Assembly (NCBI GenBank): GCA_951406725.2
Contig: OX597832.1
Coordinates: forward strand, 13,330,001 to 13,394,000
DNA length: 64,000 bases
Direction: 5' to 3'
DNA from: Octopus vulgaris
Taxonomy: Eukaryota
The translations under genes were made by a program, and so were the position numbers. Below, piece after piece: positions 41,996 through 54,600 of this stretch (the first letter of the stretch is position 1; the number at the start of each line of letters is the position of its first letter). The notes below the pieces were generated by a model that searched no databases, was not told where the DNA came from, and was given only the letters and a program-made list of their open reading frames with translations.

Positions 41996-42407
41996 TCTTT
42001 TTACTCTTTTACTTGTTTCAGTCATTTGACTGCGGCCATGCTGGAGCACCGCCTTTAGTTGAGCAAATCGACCCCGGGACTTATTCTTTGTAAGCCCAGT
42101 ACTTATTCTATCGGTCTCTTTTGCCGAACCGCTAAGTGACGGGGACGTCACTTAGCTTGACACCAGCATCGGTTGTCAAGCAATGCTAGGGGGACAAACA
42201 CACACACATACACATATATATATATATATATATATACATATATACGACATGCTTCTTTCAGTTTCCGTCTACCAAATCCACTCACAAAGCATTGGTCAGC
42301 CCGGAGCTATTGCAGAAGACACTTGCCCAAGATGCCACGCAGAGGGACTGAACCCGGAACCATGTGGTTGGTTAGCATGCTACTTACCACACAGCCACTC
42401 CTGTGCC
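41996..42407 (-). mobile_element. CORE-type octopus SINE, full length
   Basis: Colinear with the other copies, (GAGTAAAA) tail. Confidence 0.92.
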
Positions 42408-43184
42408 TATTGTATTTTGCGATACTAATTAAAACTAGAGATATACATTGTGGTATATTCCCTTATTATTACTGAACTGAATGCTATTTAAAGAAATGTT
42501 ATATTCATGCCAAGGATCTATTCAAGATGCAAAATATCAGAGAAGAATGACTGCATGCACACCTTTTCCTTCTCAACATTCCTAGTAGCAGACATTCATA
42601 TTAGCAGTGGATAAAGTCATTTACAATTTTGGCAATTTACCACAAGTTAACAAGATCTATTTTTTCAACAACAATCAGCATAAACTTTGCCTGCAATGGG
42701 ACTTGCTTATCCAACACGATAAGATATCTTTCTCTAGCTATGCACCTTACATAACGCTTCCCTATGCTACAGTTTGACTGGAACTCTAGAGGTTTCGTAT
42801 TTTTCGCTTCCTTCTCGGAATTAATTTGTTACGCAATGTTTTCTAAACTCTGAAACCTGAATGCCTACGCAATTTAGAGATTCAATACTTATTGCCGCTT
42901 TTGCAAATCTTACAGCCGCAAGCCAATTGTCGCTTTCCGAAATAGTTATAAATACATGCAGTTTTATAAATTACACATATATAGTTGCACATCGTTCTCT
43001 GTCCATTGAAGCAACTTTCAATTCACTTTTCATATCTCTTTCCCAGCTCACCTCAACACACATCCTCAGCTGCAGGAATAAACAAATAAATTATGGATTC
43101 CTGCCTTTCTCATTTAATATGACGGCTCTTTTTCTCTCCTTTTTATGACTGTCACTCGAAGATATTCAAGGTTCAAAGAAGTCT

Positions 43185-43364
43185 AGGGCCAGCAATTTCA
43201 GGGCGAAGGGCAAGTCGACTACATCGACCCCAATACTTATATGGTACTTATGTTATCGACTCCGAAAAGCAATGTCGGCCTCAGTAGAATTTGAACTCAG
43301 AACGTGAAAATTGACAAAGTACCGCTAAGCATTTTGCCTGGCATCTTAACGATTCTGGTAGCTT
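43185..43364 (-). mobile_element. Diverged Deu/Nin-domain SINE
   Basis: GTCGACTACATCGACCCC..GGTACTT..GAATTTGAACTCAGAACG..CCGCTAAGCATTTTGCC. Confidence 0.78.
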
Positions 43365-44819
43365 AATTATCAAGTTTAATATTAACGTGTAATTAGAATA
43401 ATTTTAGTGAACTGTGGTAATATATAGGCTAACATATACGTTATCAGGCCATAATGTTACAAAGTTGGATACAGTTTCATTTCCGCAAATTTAATAAGGG
43501 ACACGCATTCACGTATTCACTTGTAATTGGATGAAGAAATTTCATACCTTCAGAACCATATGTATCGTGGTATACCCGCAATCTTAAAAAATGTTGTGGG
43601 AAGAAAGTGATAGTTACTCCGATAAATATTATATAAAAGTGGGAGTTGATATATTGTTGATTTAATCATAATGCTGTGATTACTGTGAATAAGTGGTTAA
43701 ATCCTGCAAATAAAGTATAAGCTGTTCTTATTGATAAATCGTAATGGAAATGTGTCACTGTAGTTCTATATGTATACAAGACAAAACGACTATTGATCGT
43801 AGCAGTTTAGGAACTAAAGTTGATATTTGGAAATCAAGAAATATTGGTAGCTTTGTTTGTAAGCTTTCGTGAATTTCGAACTTCTAAATAAGCTAACGTT
43901 TGAAGTATAATGCTTCTCTGAGACATTAAGATCCTATATTCTGGAGCCATTAATGTAGAAGAAAGGTGAGCTGTATAATGAAGCAACCAGTAAGAGAACT
44001 GCTGACGTTGCAACATATTTTATATGAATTTCCTTCTCTACCTCAACGTTGATGTGAAACCGAGATAATATTCAATTATATCTTGGCTTGAACATAATTA
44101 TGTAGAATTGTTTGTGGCCATTAGATCCTAAGATAAGGGCAATGCTTTTTAATTGATATGAAAGTACTATTTAAATTTATTTTGGGGAAAATTACGTGTT
44201 GGATTTTTACCTTTGCCGAGATGTACGACTTGTGATACGTTTTCTGATTCAACACACACTGTTTACTTTATTAAAGTGTCCATCAACGTGTTCGAAAATT
44301 TAGATTGACACATTTCAGAACACAGATATCCATGTATAGTTATCTTCCTATGTATACTTTGAGATTTAGTTCATGCGCCTACAGAAAAATTACCCCTAAA
44401 GTAGACCAACCTAGAAATGGTAGTGTATTGAAATAAATTCCAAACATTCCCTCCATATTTTTATTAAATTAGTCACTAATATGCTTAAGCGTATACTCTG
44501 TTTATCCTTTGATCAGGTATCATTTAAACTTGCTGCTTATTATGGCGATATCGCATTAAAGACTACAGCTTCAAAGAACGAATACATTACAAAGAGAAGA
44601 TCACTAATGCTCACACTAGCTAAAGTAAGTAATGGCTTATTTTATAGTATAATCCATATGGTGTAAATCTTCCTTCAAATGTTGCAAGGATTTTCATTAA
44701 CTTTATACATCAGCATTTCCTGTCGACTGCCAGTACTATGTGACCCTTAACAGAAATAGCATTAATGTGACTTGTAAAAGTGCGGCAATATTTATTACTC
44801 ACGCATACGTTACACCATA

Positions 44820-45811
44820 TTCTTTTCTACTCTAGGCACAATGTAGGAAATTTAGGGGAAGGGGGCCAGTTGATTAGATCTAGCCCAGTACGCATCTGGT
44901 ACTTAATTTATCGACACCGAAAAGATGAAAGGCAAAGTTGACCTCGGCGGAATCTGATCTCAGAATGTAAAGACAGATGAAATACTGCTAAGCATTTCGC
45001 CCGACGTGCCAACGTTTCTTATTTCGTTATAACCCACAAGGGGCTAAACATAGAGGGGGCAAACAAGGACAGACAAATCGATTGAGTCGATTACATTGAC
45101 TCCAGTGCGTTATTGGTACTTAATTTATCGACCCCGAAAGGATGAAAGGCAAAGTCGACCTCGGGGGAATTTGAACTCAGAACGTAACGGCAGACGAAAT
45201 ACCTATTTCTTTACTACCCACAAGAGGCCAAACACAAAGAGGACAATCAACGACAGACACAGGTATTAAGTCGATTACATCGACCCCAGCCTAATGCGTA
45301 ACTGGTACTTAATTTATCGACCCCGAATGGATGAAAGGCAAGGTCGACCTCGGTGGAATTTGAACTTAGAACGTAACGGCAGACAAAATACCTATTTCTT
45401 TACTACCCACAAGGGGCTACACAGAGGGGACAAACAAGGACAGACAAAGGTATTAAGTCGATTACATCGACCCTAGCTCAGTGCGTAACCGGTACTTAAT
45501 TTATCGATCCCGAAACGATTAGAGGCAAGGTCAACCTCGGTGGAATTCGAACTCAGAACGTAGCGACAGACGAAATACCTATTTCATTATTGCCCACAAG
45601 GGGCTAAACACAGAGAGGACAAAAAAGGACAGACAAACGGATTAAGTCGATTACATCGACTCCAGTGCGTAACTGGTACTTATTTAATCGACCCCGAAAG
45701 GATAAAAGGCAAAATCGACCTCGACAGAATTTGAACTCAGAACGTAACGGCAGACGAAATACTGCTAAGCATTTCGCCCGGCGTGCTAACGTTTGTGCCA
45801 GCTCACCGCCT
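44820..45811 (-). mobile_element. Composite Deu/Nin SINE array: head, four ~185-bp type-B units, terminal type-A SINE
   Basis: Junctions AAATAC|CTATTTC at 45202, 45391 and 45578; alternative junction near 45019. Confidence 0.9.
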
Positions 45812-47148
45812 TTCCCACTATTCTATATTGAATGCACTATACGGTTATACTGATCTTGTATTCTTCACTAATTATATTTACATTTTAAAATTATATTTAA
45901 ATTTGCTCACGGAACTGTTTCTGATGCAAATTTAAGCAGCCATGCCATAAGCTTACTTCCATCAACATAGCTTCTTGACAGCATACTCTGAACAACTTTA
46001 CCTGAGGTAATAATTAATAGAGTCACTTCACAGCTTCAACGTGAAGATATATCTCAAGCGTTGTCTATGAAAGGAAATTTACAAAGAAATTCTCTTATAT
46101 AACATTAAGTGAATATTAATTTCATCTCAGTAAATTACAGACAAAATCGCTGTGAACAAACTGACAGAATTTATGAAAGGAATAAGTAGATGTATAATCA
46201 GTAAATTTGATTTTTGAACATGGCTTCTCAACAAGAATTTATTTTAGATTAATTTCTTTGACTTACTCATACATTAGAGATGAAATATTATCAACATTAT
46301 ATTATTATGAGATAAATTAAGAGATAAAACATTCCTAATTTTACCATGTTCCATTACTTCTTTACGTTTGGAGCTAGTAATATGAAAGGGTTACTGTGTA
46401 TAAATCCCGATAAGGTTAATGGATTAAGCTATTATCTTAGGTATGCATATGACATTGCTAAAACCTTTTCAAGATATGAGATATAAACGAATATGTACAA
46501 AGAAATGGAATCACATTGAATAACATATTTCAGTGGAAATGATTTTGTTAAGGTTTCAACGTGCCTCATCTTTCGTATTTACTTTAAATATAGAACCTTT
46601 TCATTTGCACCTTAATTATATTCCTTCGATTTTCTAGTGTTAATCTGGTTTCCTTTCATTATTACTCGTTTATAATACATCCTTATTACACTGGTAGATT
46701 TATATCACCTTTACAGAAGAGTTTCAAAGAAGTGGAGGTAGTGTTAGTATTTGATGCTTCTTTCATTACAGAAACCACTGTAGAATCTCATTTTCCATTA
46801 AGCAATACAAAATTTGCACAAGGTAATATCCACAGGGTCGTAGCAAATGTACTGGGATTTTACTGAGACAAAGAGTTAATGTGAAGTTTACACTAAATGT
46901 AAATAATTTCTTGCATATATGCTACGCATGCCGCAGTAATAAGATTTAAGCAATATTACATATTCACGTATTGAATACGCGTGTATAACATTTAAGAGAA
47001 TTTTGGGTATCTTTCCCTTAACTCACACGTATTCCATCAGCATTCTGTTAGAAACAGAATACGCATATTAACCGCATCATTAAGAGGGACGATCCTGCTT
47101 GAAATGTTTTTGTTGTCGAGAGCACTAAAATCTGTGAGTCATAGATAT

Positions 47149-47536
47149 GGGATGGAAGCACTCCGTCGGTTACGACGACGAGGGTTCCGGTTGATCCGAA
47201 TCAACGGAACAGCCTGCTCGTGAAATTAATGTGTAATTGGCTGAGCACTCCACAGACACGTGTACCATTAACGTAGTTCTCGGGGATATTCAGCGTGACA
47301 CAGAGAGTGACAAGGCCGGCCCTTTGAAATACAGGCACAACAGAAACAGGAAGTAAGAGTGAGAGAAAGTTGTGGTGAAAGAGTACAGCAGGGATCACCA
47401 CCATCCCCTGCCGGAGCCTCGTGGAGCTAGGTGTTTTCGCTCAATAAACACTCACAACGCCCGGCCTGGGAATCGAAACCGCGATCCTACGACCGCGAGT
47501 CCGCTGCCCTAACCACTGGGCCATTGCGCCTCCACA
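47149..47536 (-). mobile_element. Young full-length tRNA(Arg)-like SINE with 12-bp TSD
   Basis: Head GGCGCAATGGCCCAGTGGTTAGGGCAGCGGACTCGCGGTC..GGTTTCGATTCCC; TSD AGTCATAGATAT at 47137-47148 and 47537-47548. Confidence 0.93.
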
Positions 47537-48099
47537 AGTCATAGATATATGGTCCCCTCGATCTACTTTCCCTTCTGCAACACCTGTTTCTCTTAGTTGC
47601 ATGATTGCTGAATTCCATTCCAATAAATCTCCCCCATCCCCCCACACACTGTAAATATAGTCTACATCTAAGCTCTGCACTTGCTTCTTTATCATAGTCC
47701 TTGCTACTCAGCGATTTGACCCAGTTCCTGTCATGTGAAAGTTTTACTAAAGCAGTCAACTTCAAGGCTAATATCAACATCGCGTATTGAACTTGCTTTT
47801 GCATAGACTGCCAGTTCTCCCACTTTAGTCCAAGCAATAAAAATTTAAGGAGCAAAATACTTTTCTGCCGTTTGTTACTGGAATAATATGATAGTTATTA
47901 ATTTTCCGAAGTAAATTTCTAAATTTCACTGAAGTAGCAACCAAAATTTCCGTCAGTTAATAGTCATGACTTACAAGATTAAATATGTTGCGCCTGTTTT
48001 CGTTGTAAATGCATGTATCGAATCGTAAATGTTCGAAATGCTGTGATGGCCAGATACGATGTTCAACTTCAGCAGAATGTTCCTCATGCCATTCAGTAA

Positions 48100-48356
<257 letters not shown>

Positions 48357-48918
48357 AAGTAAACAGGTTATGCTGAATCAGATAGTTTGGAATATTAGTA
48401 CGGGCGAATTAATAAAATTCAGATATGCCTCAAGTCGTCACGTGTTGCAAGATAAAATCTTCAATAAAATGCAATTCCATATTTACTCTTTAAACGTTAA
48501 GTACTTATTCTTGAATTTATTTTTCGCAGTTTTTATACAATTGTTCATATGTATTTGTGATTTTTCTTTTTCTTTTAATTTCAATAAAATATTTTATTTT
48601 GCTTAAATATGTTCAAAGATCCGGCCTTTAAAAATGCATCATGTTTTCCTATATTTTTTTTAAAGGCTTCACATTTCTAGAAGAGCTGAGTAAAGAGGAA
48701 GTCTTCAAAACCGTTAATGTATCATTATAATAAAACAGAAAGAAAGTATTTTATATTCGTTCCGTGATGTTAACTCTTCCCTAGTCAATAATATTTGTCT
48801 GGATATTATCACGTAGGTTCTTATGATATCTCATATCTTACGTAGCCTATTCGTTTACTGAATACGTTTAATAATTGCATTTAATATTCTTAATTCGTTA
48901 GATGAACGATCAAATAAC

Positions 48919-49777
48919 TCTCAGCCTTCGCCATCCCAGTTTATGTAAATCCATGATTTCAATATACATTTCATATTCTTCGTCTTTGCAATAGGCTGTT
49001 ATTTTCTGGTAATTTGCCAAATGTTCATAACATTTCGTTGTCCGCTTCGTAGATATGCAGCAATTTTGCTGCTAACCCACATTTCATCGTTCATAAAGCA
49101 CACCTATATAAAAAATACTTCAATTGAAATCATACCAATATTTTTTCTGATTAACAATTTATCAGTCATCGTTATGAAATAAGCAACTTCTTATTTGGAA
49201 ATAAAAGCTTGTCTTGAAAATGTGTTTTTGTAAGGTTATAGGGATCTTATTATTCTTTTACATTCGTTTAGTGGGGTGTAGATGTAGATCGATCGTTAAT
49301 TTTACGCTTGATAACGGATCTCAGCCTTCGCATCCCAGTTTATGTAAATCCGTGATTTCAAATATATTTGTTAATCTTCGTCTTGGCAATAGGCTGTTAC
49401 TTTCTGGTAATTTGCCAAATGTTCATAATATTTCGTTGTCCGCTTCGTAGATATTGTTGTCGAAAGTGCGGGTGTAGTTCAAGTAGATCATTGCAAAACG
49501 CTGGCGCATCGTTAATTTTACGCTTGACTCCTCGGATACCAATATTTTTTCTGATTAACAGTTTCTCAGTCATTGTTATGAAATAAGCAACTTCTTATTT
49601 GGAAATAAAAGCTATGTCTTGAAAAATGTGTTTTCATGTATTTCCAGCAGGTTGAAAAGCTAGGGGATACTCTCTTATTATTCTTTTACATATTGTTGTC
49701 GAAAGCGCGGGTGTAGTTCAAGTATATCAGTGCAAAACGCTGGCTCATCGTTAAATTTTACGCTCAACTCCTCGGAT
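48919..49777. repeat. Mosaic of local direct duplications (~400-bp period)
   Basis: Block A 48919-49056/49319-49454; block B 49132-49228/49536-49634; block C 49451-49537/49690-49777. Confidence 0.88.
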
Positions 49778-50149
49778 CAAATTTACCATTGTATTTTCTC
49801 TTGATATGAGAGAAATGTATGATAGACGGATTGAGGGATTTGCAAAAAAGAAATGTGAGTGAGACGCATTTAAGGCAGAGACAAAATAGGAGATCTTATA
49901 CGTGTTACGCGCTTAAGATGTTAAGAATAAGGGACGAATGATTATTGGAAGCAATGTAAGAATTGTCTCAATTTCCTGGGTGGAATGAAGGGGGAAAGAA
50001 GTATCAGCTGTAGATTTGATAATCTCACTGGCTGTGGGACTCAATTATGAATACATTCTACATGTATACAACCTCTATTTTGTGAATACCAAATATGCTT
50101 TTAGAAGTGCTATTATTCAGTGCTAACATAACGGAGAGAACCTTCCGGG

Positions 50150-50400
50150 GGATTATGCCAGTAGTAATCTCCGCGAGGTTTAACAACATATCACAATCCT
50201 TCCCTACCTCCTCTCAAGTTATCCTTGATCTCCGTCTTGAACAGGTTCCGTAAACAATCGGCTCTTCTTTACAAACCTAGCCTCGTCCATACGCATCACA
50301 ATCCTTAGCAAGCTCAGTCGTCTCATCTGATACTACATAATTTCTCATATTTCTAGTTTTTTTCTCGCAACATTTTTGTTGTTTGTCGATTATGCATACA
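50150..50400 (-). mobile_element. Decayed RTE-like LINE C-terminal fragment
   Basis: Minus strand reads RRLSLLRIVMRMDEARFVKK, resembling the RRLRW.GHV.RM motif. Confidence 0.5.
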
Positions 50401-51099
50401 GGAAGGAATTTCAACTGTATTTCGTTGCCTGCTACCAAAACAGCTCCTTTATAGGATCCAGTTATCTCAAGACATCATCAGGAGGAACCACGTCAGGTTT
50501 CAGCCCCTACTCCTCTACCATTTTCACGTGGCGCCCCCCACTTTCGTAGGTGTCTTCTGCTCCGGTGCAGGGTGCATGTCTTCTTTCTCCTCCTTTCTTC
50601 TCTTCCCTGGCCTCTTCGATGTAGCATCAACGTGTGTCAGCGGGCGACTGACTGTCTTGTCAAATTTCCCTTTAAATGCCTGTTGCTAATCCAGTGGAAA
50701 AACCTTGTTTCATCATTCACTTCACAGCACAGTTTCTCCGCATTCTGGGATCACCTCTCAGTAACAATGACCATTACAGTTTGTACACCTGTATCAAACA
50801 AAATAACCTTAACACCCATCAGAGGATGTATCTGTCTGAAATTTGACTAGCGAATTGTTACTATGACTACTACAAATTCAGAACATACTCCACCTCTGCA
50901 ACAAATGTCATAGATAACAGATATTACCTACTACATTCAAGAAGGGAGCTGAACGCATCTTTATCACGTGAATTGTTACTGCATATTACTCCTGCGTATC
51001 TACAAATTATAAAATCTGCTTTATCGCTTACACTGCCTGTGATACCTTCTCTGTATGGTCTGGGTATATGCAACTTTTTTGCTGTGAATCCTAGGCCGA

Positions 51100-51492
51100 A
51101 TGCGCCATATTTGCCATATATGGTCTCGTATACAACATAAGAAGTACAAGAAAAACTGCATATACGCATAAAGGAACTCATGCAGGCAGACACTTCCGTC
51201 ACGGAGGTTCCGTAAAGAAACATGTGCGAAAATGACAGACCCAGGAATTCAGAATGCACATCAGGGCAACATGGCGGAAGATATGCAGCCATAGAATCAC
51301 TGAAGACATCATTACGCACCAACAGAAACCAAATATCAACAACAGAAGAGAGTTACAGGAAGCTTGCTGCTTGGTATAGCAACTTTCCTCGCATGTCCAC
51401 TGCACACACGCTCACGCACACGAACATCGGCAATATTCATTATTTTCTTGAAAATGGTGTCATAACACCGAAATATTGAGTGCAAGGTAAGT
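51100..51492. promoter_or_regulatory. Candidate promoter/first-exon region
   Basis: ETS-like CACTTCCG (51191), YY1-like CAACATGGCGG (51267), GCCAT twice (51104-51117), consensus plus-strand donor AAG|GTAAGT at 51486. Confidence 0.35.
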
Positions 51493-51574
51493 GTACATTA
51501 ATTCATATATTTGTTTTCTTGTGATTTGCTTTGCATTTAATTCACATTGTTCTGGCCTCACCCGATTTCTTTAT

Positions 51575-51619
<45 letters not shown>

Positions 51620-51621
<2 letters not shown>

Positions 51622-51875
51622 CTAATGTAGGATAAAAATTTTTTCGGGAAAAACATTTTATCAATGGCCAGGTGGTGTACAAACAAACAGATGTATTAAT
51701 ATAGCGCTCAGGAATAGAAAAAGTATTTTACGTTTCGAGCCTACGCTCTTCTACAGAAAGACACACAGAAAAAACAAGGCGAGAAAACATGTGTGTAGTA
51801 GCTAACGATCTATCATGGCGTGCGTCTGTGTGTAGTAGCTAACGATCTATCATGGCGTCTGTGCGTAGTAGCTAT
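51620..51875 (-). mobile_element. Penelope pseudo-LTR fragment with hammerhead-like motif (51726-51760) and ~35-bp tandem repeats
   Basis: CUUU-CUGUAGA-A-GAGC(GUAG)GCUC-GAAA-CGUA-AAA; shares CGCTCAGGAA with the 29.7 and 41.6 kb copies. Confidence 0.65.
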
Positions 51876-54349
51876 ATTTATTAACTTACTTATTTAATAG
51901 TTCATAGTTTAAATATAATTGATTCAATAGATATATCTGGTGATATCAAGCAACTATTCATTCTTATATTGTCATGCATTTTCTTTTCATTTACACTGAA
52001 TAAAATGTCTTTTTTTAATATATAATGTCATGAATTTCTATTCTTAATTCTGTTCTTCAGCATGTGAGAATATGTTTTATCATCTGATTGAAGAAAAATG
52101 CTGACGTATTTCTAAATCTATTGAATGAAAAGGAAGTCAGTGAAATTTTATAATCTCATATTGATTAAATAAATAACAAAATTATATACGAAAACGAGAG
52201 AAAAAAATTCGTTGAAAACGTTTTTATGCTTATTCTGTTAAAACACACGATCCAAGCAGAGCACAGTCAGCATATATTTTAGATGATCATTGATAATAAT
52301 TTTCTGTAAATGGCAATATCTGTTATCTAAATTTACTTAGCTCCATCCAATATTAGGAACGAAGTCATATAATCTTTATAGCTGTATCACTCATTGCTAT
52401 ATATCACCGCCTAACAGGACAGAACTATACTCTAAGTAACGTTCAATCATGTCTAAATAATGTGTCATTTACATTTCTTAAGACTGCAGGCATTTGTCTA
52501 AGATTTGGATGTTACTTCTCAGAGTTCGAATGAGTTCGAATCATTCTTGTTCTTTTTTCGCAAATCAAACTCAGTATACAAACATATATTCCAAAAATAT
52601 CAAGTGTGACTCTATATTATTCCTAGCAAAATGTTTGAAGGACAACATTATTCAATTCCTTTTTATTAGTCGGTCGTTGCACGTTGATCGCCATAAGATT
52701 TAAGCTTATATAAAATACCATTATTATTATTTACAGGATTTTAAAATACGACGTCGTATAACAAAACTTCGCACCAAAAGCATATAGAAAGTTTCGAACT
52801 AATATAGTTCTTAAATTTGATAGAAACAGGGAGGCCAATGCGCTGGTTTAAATGTAACACACATATTCGCGTGAACAAATGAATGTGGTTTCGAGTCCCA
52901 CGGTGATAAGAAATGCTTCTTTTTTTCTGTCGAGGGCTTATATGCCCCCCTATTAGACTATTTTCATTAGTCATCGCACAGTGATCGCTTTAAGCTAATA
53001 TAAATTACAATTATTATTATTTACATGATTGTAAAACACGGCACCGTATAACAATACCATTCGCACAATACATTTAATTTGGAACTTTGTAGGGTATAAT
53101 TTAAAGTAGAGTTAATCGATGCATTTAGCATGGTATGCGATCTGACATTCGCTCTCTGCTCGTTGTAGTTTCGACACAGTGCGTGGGAGAGGATAGATCT
53201 ACGGATATTTCTTTAAAGTTCATTGTAATCAATTGTGAAATTACAGTAAAATAACATAAAATTCCCAATTTGCTCATGTGATCTATTCTCCCGAGTGCAA
53301 ATAGATACTACTCCAGAAAATAGGCTCGGGTCTCGTTCCCATTGACTCGAAAATATATTTTGCCAATCATATATACATGCATATAACATATGGAATAAGT
53401 GTGTATAGCTTAAGTAAAGGTTCTAACTTATCTTATTCACCTCATGCTCTAAATATAACTATTTCTGAAACGAAATAGAAATATAAAACTTTACTGTTCA
53501 GTATAAAAAACCTACATCATATATCATTTTCGTATCTCAGTATATCTCACCGGCACTGAAAGCTATTAAATATGCATAATCCATAAAGTATGTGACGATC
53601 TTTGCTCCCACTTATTGTAGATATTTGTCTGTGGCACACTTTGGCCATATTCGGGCAATAAGGGAATAACAGAATAAATATGCAAACAACGACAAAAAAA
53701 AAAAGCAAAGATTTTTAATTACCTGATCTTCTAAGACATATTATTGGATAAGTATTTCGACTTGATTAATGCTAAGGAGACAATTTCAAAATTCGACTCT
53801 CTTTCATAAATATTTAGCGAATATGTACACATGATATTCTAAAAGCTTCCTTAATAAATATATCATAACGTTGTATTCTACACTTGTCTAAAACGTGGGA
53901 ACGGTTTTATTAATGAGATTGAATCAAATATTTACAAACTACTGACAAATATAAGAAGCAGTGAAAATACTGAGAAGGAATCTTCGGAAAAATGAAAGAA
54001 GAATCTAAACAGTGAATATGTGTAGAGCTAATTAATTCTGGCATCTTAATTTTCTTATAGATCATTCTGACGAAATAATTTACAGGAATTATGTAAACAT
54101 GTGTTACGTACCTAAAGTCACTGATAGAGCTCGATCAATAACTTCCTTAAGTTTACTGATAAGTGCATGGAATTTTGATACAACATAACGGATATAATGA
54201 AAATTATGGGGAACATGAAGGCCAGTTGATATTGCCGTAGCAGGAGATAATTCTCATTCCAAAGCACTAGCGTAGCAACTACATTGTTTCTCTTGTGGTA
54301 GGAGGGGTTGTCCCATCTTGCTGGAACCATGTGTGAGGTCTATGTTGAC

Positions 54350-54474
54350 AGAACATCACGTTTTCCGGACTTGACTAGCACGGGTTTTTCATGTGCGGAT
54401 ACCTGAAAACAGGGTTTACGCCAACAGACCAGAAAGCCTGGTGCAACTGAAGAAGATAGCAGCAGAAATCAGAG

Positions 54475-54476
<2 letters not shown>
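54350..54476 (+). mobile_element. Tc1/mariner-superfamily transposase remnant
   Basis: FPDLTS..FSCADT / [16 protein letters not shown] across frameshifts; resembles the SPDL..DFFLWGYLK..VY motif. Confidence 0.65.
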
Positions 54477-54521
<45 letters not shown>

Positions 54522-54559
54522 GGTGTGTGTGTTTGTGTGTGTGTGTGTGTTCATGTTTG

Positions 54560-54600
<41 letters not shown>

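Noticed and set aside
44820-45811. Regular repeat array superficially like CRISPR or a retrozyme
   Set aside because: Units are ~185-bp SINE bodies with no unique spacers and no cas genes; no CUGANGA hammerhead core on either strand
47455-47533. tRNA-Arg-like sequence (also 27864-27935)
   Set aside because: It continues into a SINE body with a TSD, so it is a SINE head rather than a tRNA gene
50924-51322. 132-aa minus-strand ORF / 372-nt phase 2-2 exon
   Set aside because: No recognisable motif and the phase does not fit the downstream exons; kept only as a possible non-coding first exon
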